Source: Verrucomicrobiota bacterium
GTDB taxonomy: Bacteria; Verrucomicrobiota; Verrucomicrobiia; Opitutales; Seribacteraceae
DNA length: 64,000 bases
Direction: 5' to 3'
Assembly: GCA_027622665.1 (NCBI GenBank)
Contig: JAQBYT010000004.1
Span: 1 to 64,000, forward strand
The notes under the pieces are model-generated. The model saw only the letters and a program-made list of their open reading frames with translations, had not been told where the DNA came from and did no database searches. How positions within the stretch are numbered: the stretch's first letter is position 1; each line of letters opens with the position of its first letter. Positions 50,847 through 60,200 of the stretch are shown here, in pieces. The position numbers and the translations under genes were made by a program.

Positions 50847-51272
50847 CTACAGTCTATTGCTTTGAAGGCAAAGTTCGGCATACGCTTTTATCTTTTGGCG
50901 AACGCTGGTCAGACCGTTTCGCCTGTTGGGCGAGAGGTGCTGCGTGATGCCGACATCGGCCAGAAAGTCGGGTTCGAGGTCGATGATGTCTTTCGGTGAC
51001 TCGTTGCTATACAGTTCACAAAGCATGGTAGCGGTTCCTTTTGTGATGGCTGCGTCTGAGTCGGCTTGAAAATAGCATTTCCCATCTTCGAACCGAGGAA
51101 AAACCCAAAGCCGGGATATGCATCCCTTGATCAAAAACGTATCAATTTGGTATTCGTCGGAGAGAGGCGGATGAGATTTGGCCCGATCGACGACATAAGC
51201 AAAACGTTCGAAGTGGTCCTCGAACGGCATCAGTTCTTCCACAAGCCGGTCTCGCTTTGCTTGTATGGTCAT
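50847..51272 (-). CDS. sufE: SufE family Fe-S cluster assembly protein
   Basis: IKGCISRLW, ADSDAAITKG, HLSPNRRNGL. Confidence 0.9.
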   Translation of the reverse strand: MTIQAKRDRLVEELMPFEDHFERFAYVVDRAKSHPPLSDEYQIDTFLIKGCISRLWVFPRFEDGKCYFQADSDAAITKGTATMLCELYSNESPKDIIDLEPDFLADVGITQHLSPNRRNGLTSVRQKIKAYAELCLQSNRL

Positions 51273-51320
51273 AAATGATTCGATTGAAAGGAGTTGCTTC
51301 CTAGTGAATGTTGAGAGGGT

Positions 51321-51800
51321 TCATTCGTTTCCTTGGGGGTAGCTAAAAGAAACTTTTTCGAAAACTATGCCATTTATTGTGACCGATGACAGGACGGCAT
51401 CGAAGCTCTTGACGTCTTTCATTTCAGTCCGAGCTTGAAAGCGGGAAGTACTTCCCGTGGATTCACCTGTGGTCGCGTCTTCCACTGCCGTCATGCTGAT
51501 GCTTTGGCTTTCCGAATCCTTGGTCGTTACCTGCAAAGCTAATTCTTCTTGTGCAATTCTTACGAAATGTTCCACTTCGCCATCCAGAACGTACAGGTCG
51601 AGGATTCCTTCTTTGTTCAGAATTATCTCGAGATGAAAACCGGATCCATGCTCACCCAATAAAACCAAGGTTCCCCCATGTGGGGCTTCGTGGGCATGTT
51701 CGCCATGATCATGTCCTTCATGGTCGTGTTGGTGTTCATCACCGCATGCAGCCAAAATGAGATAAAATCCAAGAACTGAGTGTTTTAGAAATATATTCAT
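51321..51800 (-). CDS. His-rich putative metal-binding lipoprotein
   Basis: LAAC lipobox followed by EHQHDHEGHDHGEHAHEAPHGGTL..GFHLE. Confidence 0.75.
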   Translation of the reverse strand: MNIFLKHSVLGFYLILAACGDEHQHDHEGHDHGEHAHEAPHGGTLVLLGEHGSGFHLEIILNKEGILDLYVLDGEVEHFVRIAQEELALQVTTKDSESQSISMTAVEDATTGESTGSTSRFQARTEMKDVKSFDAVLSSVTINGIVFEKVSFSYPQGNE

Positions 51801-51899
51801 GGTTCCATCATAGATGCCCAGAGAGTTTCGGCAAGTCCAAGTGCTCGGCTGGGCGGCTTCATCATTGGATGAAACCGCTGAATAAACTGGGCTTCCCGT

Positions 51900-52529
51900 T
51901 TATTTCGCTTCTTCCACCTTAACGACGTCGATCTGAATGAATTGGCCGTGGTAGGGTTTCGGCGCGGGGGCTACTTCAGGCACGACGTGCAGGGCGAAGT
52001 TTGAGATCAACTTTCCGTTTTGTCCATCCCCGCCGAGGGTGATCTGGGATCCTCCCTCAATTTCGATCGTCTTGGTATAATCGATGGTGAAAATCCGGTG
52101 TCCGACCCGGTCTTGACGATTAAGGAAGTAGTGCGACTTGGGTGACGCGACGTCGATTTTGTATATGTTGTAGGTGCCGTTGTTCGGCTCACCACCGACG
52201 TAAAAGTATTCACCGTCCATTTTGCCGTTTTTGTACATCATCGGCTCGACCACTCCGCGAAAACGCAACATAACCTTGTAAGTCTTTCCCGTTTCGCCCC
52301 CGAAGTTGACGACTTTCTTGAAGTTGTCCGTCTTGAAGGGGTCTCCCTTGACCAAGGCGGACTCGCAACCTGCTCCTTTTTTCGGTTTGTCCGGCATGGT
52401 TCCTTTGCAGGGAAACTCGAAACGGTAACCGTTGAGGGAGGTTCCCGGCTGCTTGTCGTTCTTAGCGTGGATGAGTTTGGGACCTGCGAATAAGGTGGCC
52501 AGCAAGGTGAGGCAAATGATGTTTTTCAT
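51900..52529 (-). CDS. Secreted hypothetical protein
   Basis: 209-aa ORF with a signal peptide; LRFRGVVE and YNIYKI segments. Confidence 0.7.
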   Translation of the reverse strand: MKNIICLTLLATLFAGPKLIHAKNDKQPGTSLNGYRFEFPCKGTMPDKPKKGAGCESALVKGDPFKTDNFKKVVNFGGETGKTYKVMLRFRGVVEPMMYKNGKMDGEYFYVGGEPNNGTYNIYKIDVASPKSHYFLNRQDRVGHRIFTIDYTKTIEIEGGSQITLGGDGQNGKLISNFALHVVPEVAPAPKPYHGQFIQIDVVKVEEAK

Positions 52530-52618
52530 AGGATTTCGAGTATTGATTAGGTGGAAATTGAGATTGGTGTTACCAGCTAGTGATTGTCGAGTAGGTTATG
52601 GGAATAATTATTTCTTTT

Positions 52619-54031
52619 TCAGGTAGGGGACGATTTGGTTTCCTGCTCGGGTATCCACTTGTGATGCTTTTCCATGATTTTTTGTGCCATGGATCGTTCG
52701 CTAGATTGTTCCATTCGTTCGGGTCGGTCTCGTGGTCCTACAGTTCCTCGCTTCCGTCGGCGTACTGTATATATCGCCAGCGATCGCTTCTGACTGCATG
52801 GTTGCCTCTTTGATAAGTCATTAGAGCGGGGCGTTCCCGCTTCGCCTTAGGATTTCGCAGCAAGGACACCACTGACTCCGTCGGCTTCCTTGTCCGCAGG
52901 CAGACCAGACAGTTCGAGCAAGGTGGGGTATAGGACAGTCAAGTCCACAGGTTGCTCGCAAACGGTGTTTGGCGTAGTTGTTCCGGGAGCCACAACGATT
53001 AAGGGTATGTGGTTGCTTTTTTCCCACAGAGCGAACTTCTCGATATGGTTCTTTTCCCCCAGATGAAAGCCATGGTCAGACCATAAGACGACGACGGTAT
53101 CTTTTCCGCGGGGACAATTGTCGAGGGCATCGAGCACTCGGCCTATTTGAGCATCGGCGAACGAGGCGCAGGCTGCATAAGAGCGAATGAATGCCTTGTA
53201 GGATTCCGGAGCCTTGCTTTCGACCTGCATCATACCTTGCCAAAACCATTTCTTACTTCGCATCAGGCTGACAGCTCCTTTCGGCAGGTCGTTCCAGTCA
53301 TCTTTCTTGTGCAAGGGAAGTGGGATATCCTTGTATGGTTCATGGTGGTCGGCAGGTGCGAAGAACGGGGAGTGCGGCTTGAATATTCCGCAGGCCAAGA
53401 ACTGCGGTTTGTAGTTCTTTCTCTCCTGCAGGGCCTTTATGCAATAGTTGGCGGTTTGATAATCGATCGAGTCATCCACCCGCTTTGGCCATGCTCCCCA
53501 ATCCGTGTTGCGCGATCCGTAGCGCGGAGCCTGATTAAGTTTCTTTGGCGGATACATTTGAGTCCGCATGTACTGGAAATCATGGAACGATGCCTTGTCG
53601 TGGAAAGCGCCGTTCATGTGGTGGTGAAAGATTTTGCCCGCTCCGCGTGTCTCGTAGCCTGCGTTCATGAAGCGTTGCATGATGGTCTTGCGTTTGCCTA
53701 CGGCTTTTCGCCAGTCGCTCTTGTTGCCGTAGACTCCCGTGGTCGATGGTCGCAGTCCGGTCAGGGTGGCGGCTCGCGAGGGGTTGCATGCAGCCGATAC
53801 GCAGTAGGCCCGGGTGAATAGCATGCCACGGTGTGCCAAACGCTCGAGATTTGGGGTTTTGATCGGAGCTTTTGGATCGAGTAGTGAAATCCAGTCGTTC
53901 ATGTCGTCCACCACGATGAACAGTACGTCTGGTTTAGCAGTGGGCTTTGCTAAAAGTTTTGTATCAACGAATAAGAATTTTGCCGCCGCGATTAGAAGCA
54001 ATAAGCAAGGAAAGTGTGCACCCTCGATCAT
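52619..54031 (-). pseudogene. Sulfatase pseudogene (frameshift near 52871 plus in-frame TAG at 52738-52740)
   Basis: DVLFIVVDDMN, CNPSR, WSDHG. After DGVS the homologous tail (VSLLRNP..GNHAVRSDRWRYIQYADGSEEL*DH..DPNEW) lies in a different frame and contains a stop. Confidence 0.82.
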
Positions 54032-54056
54032 GAGCCAAGGTATTTTGTCTTTTTTT

Positions 54057-54566
54057 TCAATCGATTGCTTGGGGAGGCGAAATAGAAAAGAACCTAATCG
54101 CCATCGGGTATTTCCACATTTTTCCTTCATTCGCCTTAATTCCACCAACGATTGTGAAGATTATGCTGGCAATTCCTAAGGCAATCAGCATGAGAATCCC
54201 GATTCCCAGAAGGACGAGAACTGCGGAGCAGATGAAATAGATCGTACTGGATATCAACCAATTGAACACGCTCCTTCCGTGGGCGTCGACTTTGGCGAAA
54301 TTCTCTTTTTCTGTGGCCCACATCACGATTGGAAGAATTACGCCTGAAAAAGGAACTATGAAATTGGCGAATTGGCTTAGATGTATAAGCATGCAGAATA
54401 CGTTTTCCTCTAATCCCCAATATGGCGTCGGGCCATTCCGGACAGGTTTGACTTCGCTCCCATCCGCCAAAATATTGTTTTTCTCCAGCTGGAATTCTTC
54501 TTCGGTGACAATACCTTGATCTCGAAGTTTGTTTAGCTTTTCCAGTTTGTCGTACTTGTCGGACAT
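54057..54566 (-). CDS. DUF4870 membrane protein with N-terminal SHOCT domain
   Basis: LEKLNKLRDQGIVTEEEFQLEK SHOCT; MLIHLSQF..HGRSVFNW..IKANEG..YP. Confidence 0.85.
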   Translation of the reverse strand: MSDKYDKLEKLNKLRDQGIVTEEEFQLEKNNILADGSEVKPVRNGPTPYWGLEENVFCMLIHLSQFANFIVPFSGVILPIVMWATEKENFAKVDAHGRSVFNWLISSTIYFICSAVLVLLGIGILMLIALGIASIIFTIVGGIKANEGKMWKYPMAIRFFSISPPQAID

Positions 54567-54663
54567 ATTTTATGAAGAGTTGCTGTATCGTCTTGCCAAG
54601 GTCAAGGCTACATCGCGAATGGGACTTATGGAGTTACTTTGCCTGATGGAAGGCTTGCCGAGT

Positions 54664-56010
54664 TCAACGAACCGGCTGCACTTCCTCTTCCCACACGGCC
54701 AACAATTTCCTCAAGCGAGCAACTTGTTCGGATTTCTTTTGGCTGAGGTCGTTTGACTCTCCAATGTCGTTGGATAGATCATAAAGCCACTCCTCCGTGG
54801 TGCCTTCCGTTTTTCGAACGTATTTGTAGCTACCGTCCCTAACGGCCCACCATGTACGCTCCCCGCGCTTGCCTCGCCAATAGAGAGTGCGTTTGAAGTT
54901 CGGTTTTTGTTTTGCCACATGGTCAACGACGTCGAATCCATCGAGCAGATTGGCAGGCGTCTTGGCACCTGCCAAGTTAAGGATGGAGCGAGTTAGATCG
55001 AAAGTCGCGCAAACCTGATCACTGGTCTTGCCCGACGCAATGTGTTCCGGCCATCGGATTATCAAGGGTACTCGAATGCCGCCTTCCAAAGTACTGCTCT
55101 TTGCTCCTCGCAGAGGTCCCATGTGGGCTGCCTTGGCAAATCCGCCATTGTCTGACACGAAAATGACCAAGGTGTTCTTAACTAGATTGCTTTCCTCAAG
55201 TGCCTTGAGGAGTCGACCTACTTCGCTATCAAGATCCTCGAGCATGGCGACGTATGCCTTGGCATTCACTTCTGTCCAGTTCGTTTCGTCGACGGCTTTC
55301 CTCTCGTCTCCGGGGCCTTGAAACGGGAAATGCGGGCTCTCGTGGGAGACAAAGAGGAAGAAAGGCTTTTCCTTGTTGCGCTTAATGAAATCTATCGAGG
55401 AATCCGTGATCAGGTGAGTCATGTAGCCTTTGCGATAAACGGGTAGACGATCCTTGAACAACACATGTAGGTCGCTCAACTCGCGATGGTTGAAGTAGTG
55501 GACGTTGCCGCCCATGTAACCGAAGAACTCATCCCATCCATGCTCGAGCGGATTGAACTGGGGTTCGTAACCGAGATGCCATTTGCCGAATACGCCGCAA
55601 GCATATCCTGCCGTTTTGAGGGCCGAAGGAAGTACGGACTGCTTGGCAGGCAAGCCGAGCTGCCGTTTTTCTGCCAATTCGATTGCCTCATCGTAACGCC
55701 CCACGTTACCCGTTCCAATGGAGCATTCCAAGCCGCCCGCCCGTTGCTGATATCGGCCTGTAAGCAATGCAGTGCGCGTGGGACTGCACTCCGGACCATT
55801 GGCGTAATGTTGTGTGAATCGCACGCCCTCCTTTGCCAAACGGTCGATCCGGGGAGTCTTGGCTACGGGGTGACCAGAACAACCGAGATCTCCGTAACCG
55901 AGGTCGTCTGCAAAAATAAACACTATGTTGGCAGGTTTGTCTGCAAATCCGTGGCATGCCAAAACGGTGGCGAGGAATAGGAAAGAAAGAATGTTATGAA
56001 AGTGATTCAT
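54664..56010 (-). CDS. Sulfatase (arylsulfatase/GalNAc-6-sulfatase-like)
   Basis: NIVFIFADDLGYGD, ECSPTRTALLTGRY, GKWHLG, SDNG, EGGIRVP. Confidence 0.92.
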   Translation of the reverse strand: MNHFHNILSFLFLATVLACHGFADKPANIVFIFADDLGYGDLGCSGHPVAKTPRIDRLAKEGVRFTQHYANGPECSPTRTALLTGRYQQRAGGLECSIGTGNVGRYDEAIELAEKRQLGLPAKQSVLPSALKTAGYACGVFGKWHLGYEPQFNPLEHGWDEFFGYMGGNVHYFNHRELSDLHVLFKDRLPVYRKGYMTHLITDSSIDFIKRNKEKPFFLFVSHESPHFPFQGPGDERKAVDETNWTEVNAKAYVAMLEDLDSEVGRLLKALEESNLVKNTLVIFVSDNGGFAKAAHMGPLRGAKSSTLEGGIRVPLIIRWPEHIASGKTSDQVCATFDLTRSILNLAGAKTPANLLDGFDVVDHVAKQKPNFKRTLYWRGKRGERTWWAVRDGSYKYVRKTEGTTEEWLYDLSNDIGESNDLSQKKSEQVARLRKLLAVWEEEVQPVR

Positions 56011-56191
56011 TTGATTTGGGGATGTTCACGGAGTCGAATATTTTGAGATGCTTAACAGAAAAGCCAGTGGAAAAGGATAATATCGCTAGCATGAATTAGG
56101 ATTTGCCTACTGGGCAACTTTTAGTTGGTTCTAAAAGCCCTAATCTCTTACCTGCCCCCCCATGCATTAATTATTTGCATCCCAAATCCTC

Positions 56192-56962
56192 ATGAAGACT
56201 ATTATTAAAACTTTTTTCTACGTTGTTTCTGCCTGTGCATTGTCTATGCCTTTTTCACTGTCGGCCAAAAAGACCTTCGAGGGCAAAATGGAAGCTGTCT
56301 CCAATCAGCTCAAGGCGGCGGTGAAGTCAGGCAAGTTGTCCGAGGAGGATGCTTGGGCCAAGTGGAAGGCGATTCAAGGAGATTATCAAGAATCCAAGAA
56401 GGGATGGGACATGGAAGCCATCGCTAAGAAACTTAAGGCTGCTGTGGCGGCAGGCAAGATTTCCGAGAGTGAAGCTCGTCAAAAATGGGAAGCGATAAAA
56501 GACGAATCCTACCATCTCAAAGATTCAGGCCATGATGACGGAGAAATTAATGAGGAGGAGGAACTTTGGGAAGAAGTCGGGCGTGGTTTGAAGGCGGCCA
56601 TCGAGTTGGGCAAGATCGAGGAGGAGGAAGCAAAAGAGATTTGGGAGGACCTGAAGACTGACGATTTCGAAGATGAGCATGAAGGCGATGAGGGTTTTCA
56701 TAGAGACGAAGAGATAAGGGAACTGCACTTCGATCTCGAAAGAAATAACCTTGAATTTGAACTCGAAAGAATGGAGAACGAGCAGGATCGTGAACGCAAG
56801 CAATGGGAACAGGACCTGCAGCGAATGGAACATGATTTCGAACGAGAGCGTATGGAATGGGAGTTGGAAAGAATGGCATGGGAGCGTGAACGTGATCACC
56901 TGCATCGCCAGTGGGATAACGAAAGACGCCATCACGATCATCCTCATCAGGATCGGAACTGA
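56192..56962 (+). CDS. Secreted protein with three LKAAV-x-GK-(L/I)-SE helical repeats and an E/R/W-rich coiled-coil tail
   Basis: Signal peptide; repeats LKAAVKSGKLSEEDA, LKAAVAAGKISESEA, LKAAIELGKIEEEEA. Confidence 0.75.
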   Translation: MKTIIKTFFYVVSACALSMPFSLSAKKTFEGKMEAVSNQLKAAVKSGKLSEEDAWAKWKAIQGDYQESKKGWDMEAIAKKLKAAVAAGKISESEARQKWEAIKDESYHLKDSGHDDGEINEEEELWEEVGRGLKAAIELGKIEEEEAKEIWEDLKTDDFEDEHEGDEGFHRDEEIRELHFDLERNNLEFELERMENEQDRERKQWEQDLQRMEHDFERERMEWELERMAWERERDHLHRQWDNERRHHDHPHQDRN

Positions 56963-57066
56963 ATCCAGCGGTTGGGCATTCCAATTCCCGTAATTTCACT
57001 ACATCCGTTTTATAGTATAAATGATGTGATCAAAGTCTGAACACAGATATACCTTTTCTGAAATAT

Positions 57067-57104
57067 GCTCCGTTGACGGTTTTTCCGCTGGCGGAGCTTT
57101 TTTT
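57067..57104 (+). terminator. Rho-independent terminator
   Basis: gctccgttgacgg-ttttt-ccgctggcggagc hairpin followed by a T7 run. Confidence 0.7.
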
Positions 57105-57117
57105 ATAAAGATTTTTG

Positions 57118-57190
57118 GTAACCCATCTCCAGTTCGGACTGTATACTGTAAGATGACTTTTATTGTTCATGGAGCTTTCCGAGGAATTTT
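57118..57190 (+). promoter_or_regulatory. Copy of the putative ECF-type promoter and first codons (MELSEEF) of the downstream sigma gene
   Basis: gtaacc-N16-tgtata...atgacttttattg..atggagctttccga(g/a)gaattt is shared with 62602-62672. Confidence 0.7.
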
Positions 57191-57226
57191 CTTTGCGCGC
57201 ACACGGACGCTACGAATGCATAGGGC

Positions 57227-60200
57227 ATGAACGTCCATTCCTATTCAGTTGCCCGCCAGTCCATCGGCTACTTGGAACACGCAGGGGCAAACTTGGCCAA
57301 AAGTCTGGGGAGGCTATCGTCGGGAACCAAGATCAATACCAGTGAGGACGATGCGGGCGGCCTTGCCGTTTCCGCCAAGATCAACTCGGCGATTACCAGA
57401 TCCTTGGCTCTTAAAGAAAACGTCCAGAACGGGCTCTCGTTTCTGGAAACACAAGACGCAGCCCAGAATCAACTAGGCGAAATCATAACCCGGATGGCGG
57501 AACTTCGCCAACGCTTCGACGACACAACCCGGAATTCCCAAGACGGCACCGTCTACAATCGGGAGTTCAAGGAACTGAAGGAAGAGGTCGAATCCTTAGC
57601 CAAAAAGAAATTCAACGGCATAAGCCTGTTTTCCAATGAGAGCGACGACAAGAGCAAGCTGATCGTAAACACCTCGGAAGATGGAAAAAACAGTTCCAGC
57701 GCAATCACCCGAAACCTATTCTTCAAGTCGATTCTGGAAACCAAGTCCCCCGGAGGACCTGTCGGGGCCACCAGAACCACGCAAGGCGCATTCGGTTCCT
57801 ACAGCGGCACCATAACGCCAACGGGCGACACCACCCCGGACCAAACCGTGAACGGCGCGGACGGAAGCACCCCGGCGCAACTGTTGAAGGGACTTCAAGG
57901 CACCACGACTACCCAAACGGTAAACGGGACAATCGGAGGAACCACGCCCAACCAAACCGTAAACGCCTTGCAAGGCTCAACTCCCGTCAAAAACGACCTG
58001 AAGGCGACTCAGGGAACGGTAAGCGGGCTTACGATCTCGGCGAAGCTAAACGGAACTCCCCCCGCCCCCTTGACCTTGAACGCAACGATCGGCAATGCGC
58101 CACAAGCATTATGGCAAGGGAGTTTCAATAACGTAAGCTCGGGATTTCATCGCCTTTCCCCAGTTTTCGACACTAACGGAGACATCATCGTGGGAACAAT
58201 GCAAGATGATGAGCTTTACAGGTTGGACCCGAACGACGGCCGAATACTGACCACCTACGACATGGGCAGCGGCGGAAACTTGTCATGGGAAAGCGCCGTG
58301 ACCGACGATACCGTTTACGCCGCCAACGGAGACGGCGACACTCTTTTTGCCTTCGACAAGGTTACTGGGGCGCAAAAATGGACCAAGACTCTATCCGGAA
58401 GGATTCAAGATCCACCCTTTGTCGCCTCCAACGGAAATATCTACATTGCTTGCGACTCGAGCGGTTTTACTCCGGGCGAAATCCATGCCTATCAACCGGA
58501 CGGGACGTCCTTGCCAGGCTGGCCCAAGCAGGAACACGGAACTTTTCGAGGAGGTTTTGCAGAGGCTGCGGACGGTACCTTGTACCTAACAAGCGGGCGC
58601 AACTTCGGCATACCTGCTCCTAAAACCCTTATGGCAATTGATCCGACAAGCGGCGCAATCAAATGGTCTAAAACTAATACCGAGATTAATAGAGTGTTGC
58701 GCGCCGCAGCGGTTGCCCCCGATCAATCGGTTGTTATAAATAGTCGAGACGGTGGTATTACCAGAGCTTTCAATCCCGATGGAACGGACAAGTGGACTTA
58801 CTCGAGTGGAGGCGATATTTTTGGGGGTCCAACCATCGATGCTGCGACGGGGAACGTTTTCGTCGCTTACGATAACGGTGTCGTGGCTCTTCAGTCAAAT
58901 GGAACAAACACTCCAAACGTATTGTGGAACTACTCCGCCGGATTCAACGCTCAGACGGTAACGCCCGCCTTCGATCCGGCAAGGAACTTGGTTTACGTTG
59001 CAAACACCGCCACGGGAGAAATCATTGCCCTTGACGCAACGGGAGGAGGGTCACCTGCGGGATCGGTAGCATGGACATACAATACGGGTTCCGCCGTCGT
59101 CGCGTCCCCCGCCCTAGACGCCAATGGAAACGTATACATCGGAAACACAAACGGAGATTTCTTCGCCATTTCCGTTTATGACTACATCAACAACCCGGCA
59201 GTCACTGACGGCATTGGGTCCAGCTACGATCCCGCCGAGCCTGCCCCGGCAGTCATCATTGACGGTGCGGACAAGGGAAGCTTGGCTGCAACGGCAACCG
59301 TAAACCCGGACGGCACGCTGAAACTAAATTTTACGGGAAAGGCATCGGGTGTGGGCAACTTGACGGCTACGATAAAAAACATAGCGGGCACTCCACCGCC
59401 GGCAGACCCGGCGGGAAGCAATTACCTGACGGCCGAAACGGCTCCTTCGGCCAGGGTATTGGCGGACGGGATCGCATCCAAACCGGCTACCCTGCAGGCA
59501 AACCTGATCTCCTTGATCGACGGCAATACCGCGGCACCCGCCGGCGGGGGAACCATAACGGATTCCTCGGGCAACGCGAACAATGGCACCGTGGCCGCAG
59601 GACAAGAACCCGGACAGGAAGTCAAGGAGCGAAGAACGGGAGCCGGAGCCTACGTATTCGACGGCAACAACGACAAGATTCTACTCGGAGACTTGAACGC
59701 CGCAATTGGAGGGCAAGACAAATTGACGATATCGGCTTAGATTTACCGGGAAGATACGGCGGACGACAGGATCGTCTGCAAGTCTTCCGGAACCAACGCG
59801 GGAGACCATGTGTTCAGCCTTGGAGTGGTGGACGCGGGATCAAGCCAAAGCAAGGTAAGGATGCACATAAGCACCGACACCATGGTTGCAGTGAGCATGG
59901 ACGGCTCGCTCACTTTTCCTCTAAATGAGTGGACTCACCTCGCCATGACTTACGACGGGACCAACCTGCGCTCATACGTCAACGGAGAACAAGACTCGAA
60001 CGTCTTTTCCGTGAACGGGAACATCAAGACCTCCACGGATCCCGTAACAATAGGAAACGTAAACAACGCCCAGAACAGGCACTTCGAAGGTATGCTCGAC
60101 GATGTGGGCATCTGGAACCGCGCCCTTTCCGCATCCGAGCTCGAGGATTTGGCAGGTCCGGGAAACCTCACCGCGACCACTGCAATCAATGCCGACGGCA

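Noticed and set aside
57100..57226. Sigma-28 (FliA) promoter for the flagellin
   Set aside because: No convincing TAAA-N15-GCCGATAA match was found by eye; a divergent lineage-specific motif cannot be excluded.
57163..57345. 60-aa ORF beginning MFMELSEEF as a real gene
   Set aside because: Only the first codons match the sigma gene and the rest overlaps the flagellin start out of frame, so it is treated as a duplication remnant.
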